DNA of 64,000 bases from a virus: the IMG/VR virus record IMGVR_UViG_3300037461_001096, positions 75,068 through 139,067 of that record; one strand, written 5' to 3'. Every line of letters begins with the position of its first letter. The first letter of the stretch is position 1. Made by a program: the position numbers and the translations under genes. Below the pieces are notes generated by a model. The model saw nothing but the letters and a program-made list of their open reading frames with translations, did not search any database and was not told the origin of the DNA. Shown here piece after piece: positions 49,769-59,260 of this stretch.

Positions 49769-52005
49769 CAGGGGCCTATGAGACATGTTGGCATACCCAT
49801 TAAGGGTATACCGGTAATGTAATCCAGAGATGGAATCGGGGGCCCCATAACCCCAGTCACCACATTCCCAACAACAGACATCCCGATTTTCACCATGGGG
49901 GCTTGGACCAAGGCCATTGACCCAGAAGCCATCATGTTTACCCCAGCTGCAAGTGAAGAAATAGCTCCAGTTGCATTCATGGTTATCGCCCCGCCAGAAG
50001 TTATCGCCGTAGCCCCACCTGATGTAACTGATACGGCTCCGCCAGCGGTCATGGTTAGCGTACCAGCTCCAACTGTTACTGCGTAAGCACCAGCCACCAC
50101 AGTAGTGCTATGTGTACCAGCAACAACGGTTGTTGAATCGACGCCGGCTACTGTCATCTTTGTACAACCTGTATAAGTCGTTGTTATTCGTAGTCTAGCA
50201 AACGACTCAGAAGCTTTATCCAAACATGTAATGTCATAAGAACCAAGACTACGAAGTACGTATCCACCAGTGCCAATATTTCTACGGGCCCCTTCAGCTT
50301 CAAGTGCTGAAACACCCCCACACATAATAACCTGGCCACTTCCTGCGCTGATGACATGTGACCCGCCGACCGAAACATACTCAGTTCCAGAAATCACTGT
50401 TTCTCGACCCTGAAGGCCAGCGTAGGTTGTTTTGACCTTGCCACGATAAGTGACATCTACAGATACAGAGTCTTCACCGTCAGATGAATCGTCTTTAAAT
50501 GATCCAAGATCAAGCTTCACCCCTCCAAGCGTCCTTAGATTTAAACTGACCCTATCAGAATTCGCCCCAAGAAAAGCTTTTACCCCTCCAATCGTGTTGA
50601 CATCAACCGATTGCATGGACCCCCTGGCAGCAGGCACATTCCAAAATACACGTCCCTCCTTTGTAACGGCAAAGACGTATTCTACAGCATCATCTATTGG
50701 GGGGCTTATCCTAAAAAGTCTGGCTAAAGCAATTGTATCTGCTTGAGACGGTTCTTGTGCTGTGTCAACAGCAAAAAGTTCTGCCTGTGGACTTTCCATG
50801 TCATCATTTGATTTGAACATCGACATGGATAAAATTCTGGAGTATAAAGCCCGGCCGGCGTCCGAAAATGGATCGTTTCCTACAACAGTTCCTTTCACGT
50901 CCTCAATGAAAACACGTTTCAAAAGATTATCTACTTGTATCCCATCGCCCTCCTCCGTAACAGACATCACCCCATTGTGAGTATGAAAGATGTCGGAACG
51001 GTCTTCAACATAGCATTCGTCTGTTTCATCAAAACGTTTGTCATGGGTTCCATGAACTATATAGCTTTGACGACGACCATCCGACGTGACAACAAATGGA
51101 TATATAGGGTCAGTTTGGTCTGGTAGGGTCACCTTGCCAGTGGAGTCAATAAACCCGAAGTTTGTAAGAATTGAAAAAGCAGAGCTTGCTGGGTCTATTT
51201 GGTCAACCAGAACAGTTGACCAAATACCGTCTTCATTCTGAATATCCTTAGTCTTTTCATATAAAACGTCTTCTATTGTCTTTGACCCAATCATACCTGG
51301 CTCTCTGTCTTTAACAGAGAGAAGTAAGTCTGGAAGTAGATTAAAGGCATTCCTACGAATTAAACCACGTCTATAAAATCCGGCCCCACTGCTGACGAAT
51401 TCATTTATAGTCTGTAGTATAGACGTTTGATCCGAATCTCTTAGTTTAAATTCATTTCCAGCTCTATTTTGGAGGGTTGAGTCCCTATCAAGAATAAAAT
51501 CGGCTCCCTGGCTCGATGATGCCAGAAAATCTCCGCTATAGGCCTTTCTGGCTTTTAGACGAATCGTATCGAGGTTATATCTTGGATCTTTTGCTAAATC
51601 AGGTATGATTCTAATGGCTTCTTTGGCTTCCTGCGGATCACATACTGAAAACGGTTCATATTGCCTGGCCGGAAACGTCCCAGTCGTTAAAAAAGCAACA
51701 ATTTGTGGTCTAAAGTTTCGGTTACCAAATTCTGCCCATTCAACCAACACCTTTGTCCCGGGCTCTGGTATGCACCCCGCCCAAGATCGTGGCCCACTTC
51801 CAGCTGGAGCCGGAAGTGGTACATCATGCCATTCTTTAGCTGCTCCAAGATGGAGAGCGACAGAACAAACCATCGTCTCAACATCCACATGAATTATATG
51901 TCCAGTCCAAAGAAATGTATGCGCGTCCCTGGACTGAAGTGATCTCTGTCGTACTCCGCCAATATTCGGATCTGGAACTGGAGGGCCAAAATCTTTCGGG
52001 GGCAT
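49768..52005 (-). CDS. Baseplate central spike (gp5/gpV/VgrG-like)
   Basis: N-terminal OB-like GHIIHVD...IPEPGTKVLV; C-terminal 8-residue beta-helix repeats (STTVVAG, ITSGGAIT). Confidence 0.8.
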   Translation of the reverse strand: MPPKDFGPPVPDPNIGGVRQRSLQSRDAHTFLWTGHIIHVDVETMVCSVALHLGAAKEWHDVPLPAPAGSGPRSWAGCIPEPGTKVLVEWAEFGNRNFRPQIVAFLTTGTFPARQYEPFSVCDPQEAKEAIRIIPDLAKDPRYNLDTIRLKARKAYSGDFLASSSQGADFILDRDSTLQNRAGNEFKLRDSDQTSILQTINEFVSSGAGFYRRGLIRRNAFNLLPDLLLSVKDREPGMIGSKTIEDVLYEKTKDIQNEDGIWSTVLVDQIDPASSAFSILTNFGFIDSTGKVTLPDQTDPIYPFVVTSDGRRQSYIVHGTHDKRFDETDECYVEDRSDIFHTHNGVMSVTEEGDGIQVDNLLKRVFIEDVKGTVVGNDPFSDAGRALYSRILSMSMFKSNDDMESPQAELFAVDTAQEPSQADTIALARLFRISPPIDDAVEYVFAVTKEGRVFWNVPAARGSMQSVDVNTIGGVKAFLGANSDRVSLNLRTLGGVKLDLGSFKDDSSDGEDSVSVDVTYRGKVKTTYAGLQGRETVISGTEYVSVGGSHVISAGSGQVIMCGGVSALEAEGARRNIGTGGYVLRSLGSYDITCLDKASESFARLRITTTYTGCTKMTVAGVDSTTVVAGTHSTTVVAGAYAVTVGAGTLTMTAGGAVSVTSGGATAITSGGAITMNATGAISSLAAGVNMMASGSMALVQAPMVKIGMSVVGNVVTGVMGPPIPSLDYITGIPLMGMPTCLIGP

Positions 52006-52039
52006 GCGTCACTCTAACCTTACTATTGTAATATCAATC

Positions 52040-52414
52040 GTGTTGATTATCCAAGCCGTAACAATAAACGGGGAAATCCTAGAAAAAGGGAAATGGAATA
52101 TAGAGACGCTAAACAACGTCCCTATCAATACTGGTCACAGTGTTTGCATTAGTTTATACACATCAGATAAAGATTTACTGAATTATATACAAAGACAAAA
52201 CAAAAGCGAATGCTGTTTAGATAAGTCAAAAAACGGAGAAATATCTATCATTGCAACTTTCATAGTAAAAGAAATACGTCATATGATAGATAGGTATACA
52301 TTTCAATCATTATGCACTATTGAACCGATCAATAGATTTGTGGAACAGGCGGTCCTGTTTTTACTAAATCCAGGAAAATGTGATAAACGTTTTGTTGAAA
52401 CAGTTCACGGTTAG
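52040..52414 (+). CDS. Orphan AT-rich gene on the opposite strand
   Basis: Only plausible plus-strand gene; fills the hub-spike gap; in-frame GTG at 52040 (track start 52004). Confidence 0.55.
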   Translation: MLIIQAVTINGEILEKGKWNIETLNNVPINTGHSVCISLYTSDKDLLNYIQRQNKSECCLDKSKNGEISIIATFIVKEIRHMIDRYTFQSLCTIEPINRFVEQAVLFLLNPGKCDKRFVETVHG

Positions 52415-55400
52415 GGGTTAGTCTTCGGAGAACGTGGACTTGGTGGAACTTCTCCGCTATCATGAACAGTTTCATAAACTGGATTTGTTGGGCCTGCAAA
52501 TTCAAATGGATCGGTTATGACGACCGGTGGTGTTGTGAATGGGGCGGGGGTTATTGGCTGTGGCTGACCTGGAGGTGGCTTCCCGCTAGTTTCATTAGTG
52601 GTAGAACCTATGGGTTCTGGCTGATTTGTGAATGTTTCCCCTCCTCCAAAAAAGCCGGTACCACTGGTGCTTATGCCTACCCCGTGCTGTGCAACACTGC
52701 TTGCCAAACTTCTAGTAAAACCTTGTTGACTTAGATTTCTTTTCCATTGTTTAAAATCATCTTCGACTTGCGCGAGACGTTTGTTCTGTTCATCTGCTGT
52801 TTTAGCAAAGTCATCATAAGCTGCCTCTGTATTGCTCCAGTCCCAATTAATTTGATCTTGAAGAGTTTGCAAAGCTTGAGGGTCCCCCAATGAGACTCTG
52901 TCAAACAAGGATCCGCCAGAAGCTCCCAAAACGCTATTTGGGTCTATATAGTCTGTAGAATTGAATGCTGGATCGTATTCTTCATATTCAGCATTCAAAT
53001 CCGAGCCGCTGTTTAAAGCCTCGCGGTCTTCATTAGAGTTTAGATCGTCCATGAATTTATTGGTCAAGTATTCGTTTAATCTTTTAAAAAAGTCCGGGAA
53101 ACTCGTGACCCCGATTGTTGGATCATCGTTCCCGCTCATCTTAACAGTATTTTCCAATCCAACGTCATAATCCTTCGCTCTTTCACTCGCTTTTCCAGCA
53201 GATGAAGGTTTAACGTCATACTGAGCCGGAGGGTAAGAATTCTCTCCTACCTTTTCTCTAAAAGAATCTATAACATTCCCGTCCCCATCTTTTTTCGAAT
53301 AGATGGCAAATTTCTCATTCTTTTTTATATCTTCAATGGTGGACTCTGAGTCTGAAGAGATGGGGCGCATTCTAACTGATTCAATGGCGTTTGTGTCTTC
53401 TCCTGTGAACGCATCCTTGTATACAAATCCCTGGAGTGTATACGGATTCGCGTTAGTTTTATAAGTTGTAGACCTAGACGGTGACAAAATTTCATCGAGA
53501 ACATTCCTTGGGAAAATTGAAAACCATTGAAACCTCCCAATTGTGCAGCTACAGTTAGGGAATCCGACTTCATCTAGTCCATTAGCCATAGTTGGTTGAA
53601 GTTCCCAAAATGTTTTTGCTCTCCTGGTTGCATCGGCTTCAATGAAAACAGCCCCGATGTTTGAGTTTGCACTTATCGCATGATTTATTGCAGATGAATA
53701 CGTGTTAACATTAGTCAATGTTGTAAACGATCCGTTATTTGAAGCTCCTGTAATCCAATCTTCCGGCTGCATAGTCTCAAACGTCTCTGCAGCCAATGGT
53801 TGACTTGCGTTTTTCAGGTCTGTTGGGGGATTGGTTGTGATCATTCCTCCAGAAGGAGAAAACTGAATTTGTATACTATTGGCCCCAGGGCTATTCTCAG
53901 AAGCAGCAAACTTAAGCCTGAGTTGTCCTCTATCTATAAAAACACCCCTTCCGTATCTATGATGACCTATCACCTCAAAACCAAATTCGTCAGATACAGG
54001 TCTAACAGAAACATTTAAATTATTTAATATCTTAAACCCGTCTTTAGATGCTCTTAATGTATAGATCTCCTTTTCAATTTCAGCAATTTGCTTCTCAAGA
54101 GCATCAATTTCAGCCCTTATGGAATCAACCAAAGATGCTTTTTGTTTTTCATCTGCAGTATACTTATCTGGCTCCAAAGTGGCTTGTGTTTTTCCCTTAT
54201 GGTTTTTGACAATTGTTTGGTTTAAATCTTGTTGGGCTTTACCGAGTTCTCTTTTCTTGGCGATCACCTGCGGTTTCAGCCCGTTGTTTGAGTCATAACC
54301 TGAACCTGATCTTCTTCGTCCAGGATTAACAAAGTCAAGACTTTTTCTCAGCTCAGCTATTCTTTTATCAAGTTCAGAATTTCGATTTGCCATATACGAT
54401 TCAGCATTTGGATATCCATCAAAGCCATTATTTACCTGAGAATCAGCTGGTGGTGGATCTGTTGCTGCGTCAGGGGCGCTAGCTTTAGACTTACCGTTCG
54501 CCTTTGGTATCGAGGGGTTCCCAGATAGAGCTCCGCTCTTGTCGGCTGGGTCTGACGATTTATCCCCCCATACGACAGAAGTAACTGGGATCAAAACCAT
54601 TTCTTTGAAGTCACCACTAGTATCGACAGCATAATCATAGAGGCCGGAGTTCGTCATACCAGCCTCATACCTATGGTATCTGATCCTTTGTAAAATTCCG
54701 GCCCTACGATTATCATTTAATTGTTTGAAAGTTTCTCTTACAACCTTGTCATACTTGAACTTCATTGGCCTTTCTACAGGTTTACCACCTTTTCTTCCAG
54801 CAGCGCTTCCTTTTTCTGATGTGGTCTTTGCCAGAGATTTGTCATCATACGTTGTTCTATACACCATAACAACGTTTGGGTATCCAAGAATTTTTCCAGT
54901 ATTTGGGTCTCTGATAATTAACGGTGTATTGCTTGGTTCACCCTGTATATTTTCTGATCCAAGACCGGCTGTCTGCCCGATCCCCCCATCAAAGCTTATT
55001 TTATAAGTATTGATATTCCATACTTTAGTGGCGTTGTTTTTTTCTTCTTTCTTTTTTTGTGAAGAAACCCTTTCGATTTTTCCCATATTCGATGGGGCTA
55101 TAAATTTAGAACGCTTAGCCACTAAAGTTAAAGTAGTTGTTGCTTGACCCCCAGGCGAAAAGTTATGGGATACCCCGTTTACATAGAAAAACGAATCATA
55201 ATACGGAATCCATACAGGAAACCCCATACGAATTTCTGGACGCATGGGAATGGTTATAGTTCCATTGTGCCGCTTTGCATTAACACGATCTATCATATCA
55301 ACAAGGAACCAGAATAGTTTTCTGGGATTCCCAGCCCATTCACACTGAAAGTCCATTCGACGCCATCCATACCGTTTCAGTAGATGCCAGTCAACCACAC

Positions 55401-56592
55401 CGGTTCTGGGAACTGTGATGTCGGTATTGAGACCATAGTCCATAACTCCGCCAAACGCGTTGCCGCTCGACGTCATATGGGTAACAACTTCCTGCTCAGA
55501 ATCATTTATGTTATCATCAATAATTTCAAAATCCTGAATCCAAGAGACGGGTTTATTCGGGATAACGTTAAGATTGTAAAACGGTGGCTTAAACACGATG
55601 TCGCCGGTCGTGTCGCAATAAAATTCATACTGGATCTGATCTCTCGCCTGCAAAGCAACAGATAACTTGCTTTGTGTGTCATTCTGAAAAAACTGAACGT
55701 CGCCAGCTCTGTCTAGTTCTTTCTTAAACGCTGTAATTTCATGAGGCTGGACCTTAAACTCAGCTGTTTCTTTATTCTCGTTTAAAATATCAACTTCGTT
55801 TTTAAATATTGAATGCGATATCCGAAGTGGGGATATATCTCCGTCCCCTTCGAATGTATATGCAATTCCAGATGTTCCATACAGAACAAGAGAGTTCCAT
55901 ATGTTTCCAAATTTCATTTGCCAATATGCCATCACATCTTTGGCATAATTTCCCACAACAGCCTCTTCCGGGCCAACTTCAGGTTTAAAAGATGTATAGG
56001 AGCCGTCAGTAATGGAAAAGTCTCCCATTGACTCACGTGCTAATGACACAATGATCGTATATGGGTTTAAACCAGCGAATTGATTTTGGAACAGGGTATA
56101 ATTAGTACTCGCGCCTTCTGGACCGACAAAAGCTGGGTTGAGAATTACGTTAGTCTTCTCCCACCAGTGTAAGATATCCTTACACGACAAAGTATATGTT
56201 GTCACTCCGTTAGACCAACTTTTAGATATATTAATAACCATCCCCAAGAAGATTCTATAATACTGAGGGATTCCTCCTACTGTATAATACCCTTTTGCAT
56301 AAATCTCAAGTTCCATCATTGGGATGATGACAAAGTTTCCCTCGACAAAAAACTCGTTGACATCAGTATCCGGAATAGAAAGATTTACTGTAGCAGACCC
56401 GGGTGGAGAATCAACTGACGCTTCAGTAGATATTCCGGTGATATATTTATTCAGATTGACTTCTTTCATGCATTCGCCACAGGTAACAACAGTAGTCTGA
56501 CCCTGTATAGCAACATATGCATCAGGAGCCATAGTAATATACGGCCTTCGGTTTTCTTCCCAGGTACCCTTGAAGGCTGAAACACGAGGCAT
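52411..56592 (-). CDS. Baseplate hub protein (gp27/gp44-like) with long C-terminal extension
   Basis: SATVNLS, EIYAKG, YTLSCKD, EFYCDTTGDIVFKPPFYN, YGWR, GTITIPMRPEIRMG, YVNGVSHNF..TTTLTL; AGGAG RBS before ATG 56592. Confidence 0.85.
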   Translation of the reverse strand: MPRVSAFKGTWEENRRPYITMAPDAYVAIQGQTTVVTCGECMKEVNLNKYITGISTEASVDSPPGSATVNLSIPDTDVNEFFVEGNFVIIPMMELEIYAKGYYTVGGIPQYYRIFLGMVINISKSWSNGVTTYTLSCKDILHWWEKTNVILNPAFVGPEGASTNYTLFQNQFAGLNPYTIIVSLARESMGDFSITDGSYTSFKPEVGPEEAVVGNYAKDVMAYWQMKFGNIWNSLVLYGTSGIAYTFEGDGDISPLRISHSIFKNEVDILNENKETAEFKVQPHEITAFKKELDRAGDVQFFQNDTQSKLSVALQARDQIQYEFYCDTTGDIVFKPPFYNLNVIPNKPVSWIQDFEIIDDNINDSEQEVVTHMTSSGNAFGGVMDYGLNTDITVPRTGVVDWHLLKRYGWRRMDFQCEWAGNPRKLFWFLVDMIDRVNAKRHNGTITIPMRPEIRMGFPVWIPYYDSFFYVNGVSHNFSPGGQATTTLTLVAKRSKFIAPSNMGKIERVSSQKKKEEKNNATKVWNINTYKISFDGGIGQTAGLGSENIQGEPSNTPLIIRDPNTGKILGYPNVVMVYRTTYDDKSLAKTTSEKGSAAGRKGGKPVERPMKFKYDKVVRETFKQLNDNRRAGILQRIRYHRYEAGMTNSGLYDYAVDTSGDFKEMVLIPVTSVVWGDKSSDPADKSGALSGNPSIPKANGKSKASAPDAATDPPPADSQVNNGFDGYPNAESYMANRNSELDKRIAELRKSLDFVNPGRRRSGSGYDSNNGLKPQVIAKKRELGKAQQDLNQTIVKNHKGKTQATLEPDKYTADEKQKASLVDSIRAEIDALEKQIAEIEKEIYTLRASKDGFKILNNLNVSVRPVSDEFGFEVIGHHRYGRGVFIDRGQLRLKFAASENSPGANSIQIQFSPSGGMITTNPPTDLKNASQPLAAETFETMQPEDWITGASNNGSFTTLTNVNTYSSAINHAISANSNIGAVFIEADATRRAKTFWELQPTMANGLDEVGFPNCSCTIGRFQWFSIFPRNVLDEILSPSRSTTYKTNANPYTLQGFVYKDAFTGEDTNAIESVRMRPISSDSESTIEDIKKNEKFAIYSKKDGDGNVIDSFREKVGENSYPPAQYDVKPSSAGKASERAKDYDVGLENTVKMSGNDDPTIGVTSFPDFFKRLNEYLTNKFMDDLNSNEDREALNSGSDLNAEYEEYDPAFNSTDYIDPNSVLGASGGSLFDRVSLGDPQALQTLQDQINWDWSNTEAAYDDFAKTADEQNKRLAQVEDDFKQWKRNLSQQGFTRSLASSVAQHGVGISTSGTGFFGGGETFTNQPEPIGSTTNETSGKPPPGQPQPITPAPFTTPPVVITDPFEFAGPTNPVYETVHDSGEVPPSPRSPKTNP

Positions 56593-56593
56593 A

Positions 56594-58267
56594 TCAACTC
56601 CTATGGATATCGTATCGAACAGTAAACTCGAAGGAATATGCAAGATTGTGCGGTTTATCCGCGGCGTCTGTTATAGCAAACGAATCAAAAGATCCAATAT
56701 ATAAGTGATCATCATATATTATATAAACGGATCCAACCAAAGACGCAGTTCCGTCAGATTCACCGGGAAATCCATAGAGCACGCCGTTGTTCTTATACAA
56801 AAGAACAAGAGACATCAAATTTCTATAGCTAAGGCTATGAACACGATTGTAATTAGTTAGGCCTCCAGATATGTCAGTAGGTATGGCGTATTGGGCAGCG
56901 CTCACCCCACTGGCATTTATTCTTACCGGTCGTTCCAACCATGTATGAACAATATTTCCGTTTCTGGTTTTTATCCCAAAATCGACAGCGTTTTCATAAT
57001 TTCTTTTGAATTCCTGCGGATTGATAAGCAAAACTAGAGGGGGAATCTGTTCCATGAGAGTTATGGAATGAGAAAACATTTCTATGTTTTCTTGTAATTT
57101 CTCAAATCTCGCTGTATCTGCTGATATATTTCGACCCCAAATTGAACCTAACGGGTCTTCGGGATCCGTTGACCCACCAAATGCCTGGATACGCTGGTTG
57201 GGGTCTACAGAAGACAGATTAGTCATACTGGAATTCGAGTCATCGGGATATTCATTTCTGTAAGATTGTAACTGTTTTTCAAGACTCTTAATATAGAACC
57301 CACTACCTCCAATGCTAGTTGGCCCAATTGTTTTATCAAAGTATGCGGAACCGTCTTTACCGTTTAGTAACGCCGTTGCATACTGTTCAGCATCTTTAGC
57401 ATCCTTAAACCCAGGATATCTATTAACTAAAAGACTCAGCCATGATGAAACACCATCCTGCATAGTTCCATGCGAACGGAATGCAACAAGGTATGGAACC
57501 CCTTTTGATGTGTCGGTATCAATATAAGTATTTTCCCGTTTTAAGTTTTCATAAAATTTTTTATTTCCTGATTTGGTCGGGTCAGCCACTACCATTTTTC
57601 CAGCTAGTCTTCCTGTTCCAGGCATAGCCCATATTGTATCGTTTGGTTTTATAGGTTTTCCAGTTTTCGGGTCAAGTTCGTGTGTCACCCCATGAGAATC
57701 TACGTAGAAAACATTATTCCCGGTTCCAGGAATCTCGACCGTGTCTCCTTCTATAGAACCTGGGCCTGCATGGACTCCGCCTATATTATTATTAAGAGTT
57801 CTCAAAAGAGGAGCTTTGACATACGTTCCATCTCTTCTAAACCAACCTGACGTAGCTCCCATTTCAGCCCAGGCGTGGGCGCAAAGAAGAGACAAGAGTT
57901 CATCTGATGGCGAAGACCCAGTTAGTCTGGTAAATTCGTCTATGACAGTTTGACGAAATTCATCCCGACTAAATGATGTTGTTTGTTTAGCGTCAACGCC
58001 GCTTCCCTTCTTTTTTGACGTATTTTTTGGCTTTCTCTCCTGTGGAGGAGCTTCAGCAAGGGGAACAACCGCTGGACATCTCATCACTGGATAATAATTT
58101 ATGTTATTCGGCGGCGGGATTAGGCCTATTACCATAGTCTTCCAATTTGTAGAAGATGTTATGGTAACAAATGCTCCATCGAGACCTTCAAAACCCACAG
58201 CCGGATGAAATCCAATAATTCTCAGGCTCTCCAACAAATCTTGGAACGACTTTTCTGAACTCATCAT
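56594..58267 (-). CDS. Tube-initiator-like protein fused to a GH73/FlgJ-like peptidoglycan hydrolase domain
   Basis: AHAWAEMG, NNNIGG, FRSH..MQDG..WL.LL.NRY, A.QYATAL..AYF; C-terminal LLINPQEF..TRNG..W..INASG..YIGSFDSF..YSFEF. Confidence 0.65.
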   Translation of the reverse strand: MMSSEKSFQDLLESLRIIGFHPAVGFEGLDGAFVTITSSTNWKTMVIGLIPPPNNINYYPVMRCPAVVPLAEAPPQERKPKNTSKKKGSGVDAKQTTSFSRDEFRQTVIDEFTRLTGSSPSDELLSLLCAHAWAEMGATSGWFRRDGTYVKAPLLRTLNNNIGGVHAGPGSIEGDTVEIPGTGNNVFYVDSHGVTHELDPKTGKPIKPNDTIWAMPGTGRLAGKMVVADPTKSGNKKFYENLKRENTYIDTDTSKGVPYLVAFRSHGTMQDGVSSWLSLLVNRYPGFKDAKDAEQYATALLNGKDGSAYFDKTIGPTSIGGSGFYIKSLEKQLQSYRNEYPDDSNSSMTNLSSVDPNQRIQAFGGSTDPEDPLGSIWGRNISADTARFEKLQENIEMFSHSITLMEQIPPLVLLINPQEFKRNYENAVDFGIKTRNGNIVHTWLERPVRINASGVSAAQYAIPTDISGGLTNYNRVHSLSYRNLMSLVLLYKNNGVLYGFPGESDGTASLVGSVYIIYDDHLYIGSFDSFAITDAADKPHNLAYSFEFTVRYDIHRS

Positions 58268-58419
58268 GAAAATCCGTTTATGAAAGCCTTCACCTTATCG
58301 AAATTTAAACTTCCGGGTTCATGGAATATTTATATTTAAGATTCTTAAAATTATTCATCTGAAACGTTTTCTAGATGACTTTCAGAAGCAACAGTAACAG
58401 TTGGGTTAATAAGTCAACC

Positions 58420-59172
58420 CTAACTTTCTGAAGAGTTTTTCAGAATAGCGTCAACTTCCGGATCCGTAGGCTGACTTTGGTTCTTTAAGTCTATGAAGTG
58501 CTGCTCGATGTCAGCTTCAGTCACCCCTGGTGTCTCCTCCACAAGAGGAACCATGTTTTGCACTGGAAGGTTGTATACTGTCCCTACAACCTTGAATTCC
58601 CATGATACTTTGAACTGAAACGGAGTATCTGAAGTTTCAGATATTTCGAAAGTGGCAAAATACCCATTATAAATTCCACGATCATACATGCACATAATTT
58701 GACTACGTAAAACCGGGGCCCCATTTGAACCGAAAATCTGACCATTGGACCTAAACAAATCAAGAAGGTCTTGAGTGCGCTCCCATGCCATAGTTCCGCG
58801 TCGTCCTCTGAAGTGCCGAATGATGCCAGCCCCACGCCCGGGCCCATAATCAAAGCTTTCAGAATCTGATGTTAACCCAGAGTCTGGACCGAGGAACGCT
58901 CCTGTTGATCCATCAGCAGATAAGGTATCTAGTTCATCTGGCCAAACAAATTCAACAAATCCGCCTCTTGTCATCACAACATTCTTGTTTTTGTTGAATT
59001 GCTCTTGTAAAGATTCAGGGTTCACATGTAAAGCAAGAAGATATGGCCACAAAGGACCATGTTCTCCGACTTTAGTAACCTGGAATAGCATAGCCCGCCC
59101 GATTCCATTACCAACCGATGAAGCCTCGTTAGCTGATGGAAACGGCATACGTGGGAGATGTATGCGTGGCAT
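58420..59172 (-). CDS. Tail tube-initiator-like protein (paralog of the C-terminus of 56594..58267)
   Basis: LHVNPESL..TRGG..W.DELDTLSADG..YNGYFATFEISE..PF...WEF. Confidence 0.7.
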   Translation of the reverse strand: MPRIHLPRMPFPSANEASSVGNGIGRAMLFQVTKVGEHGPLWPYLLALHVNPESLQEQFNKNKNVVMTRGGFVEFVWPDELDTLSADGSTGAFLGPDSGLTSDSESFDYGPGRGAGIIRHFRGRRGTMAWERTQDLLDLFRSNGQIFGSNGAPVLRSQIMCMYDRGIYNGYFATFEISETSDTPFQFKVSWEFKVVGTVYNLPVQNMVPLVEETPGVTEADIEQHFIDLKNQSQPTDPEVDAILKNSSES

Positions 59173-59208
59173 GTTATTGAACCCTGGTCATCTGAAGTTT
59201 ATTATCTA

Positions 59209-59246
59209 TTGTGTGCATTAATTCTAAATAGAATTAATGCACACAA
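59209..59246. repeat. Perfect 18-bp inverted repeat (hairpin/cruciform; possible terminator or processing site)
   Basis: TTGTGTGCATTAATTCTA-AA-TAGAATTAATGCACACAA directly downstream of the tape measure gene. Confidence 0.85.
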
Positions 59247-59260
59247 CGTGTAAAAAGTCG

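Noticed and set aside
52015-52414. CTAACC/GGTTAG inverted ends around the antisense gene
   Set aside because: Only 6 bp with no target duplication; compatible with chance
58327-58334. TATAAATA (T4 late promoter consensus) on the minus strand
   Set aside because: Single intergenic occurrence in AT-rich DNA, not found before other structural genes
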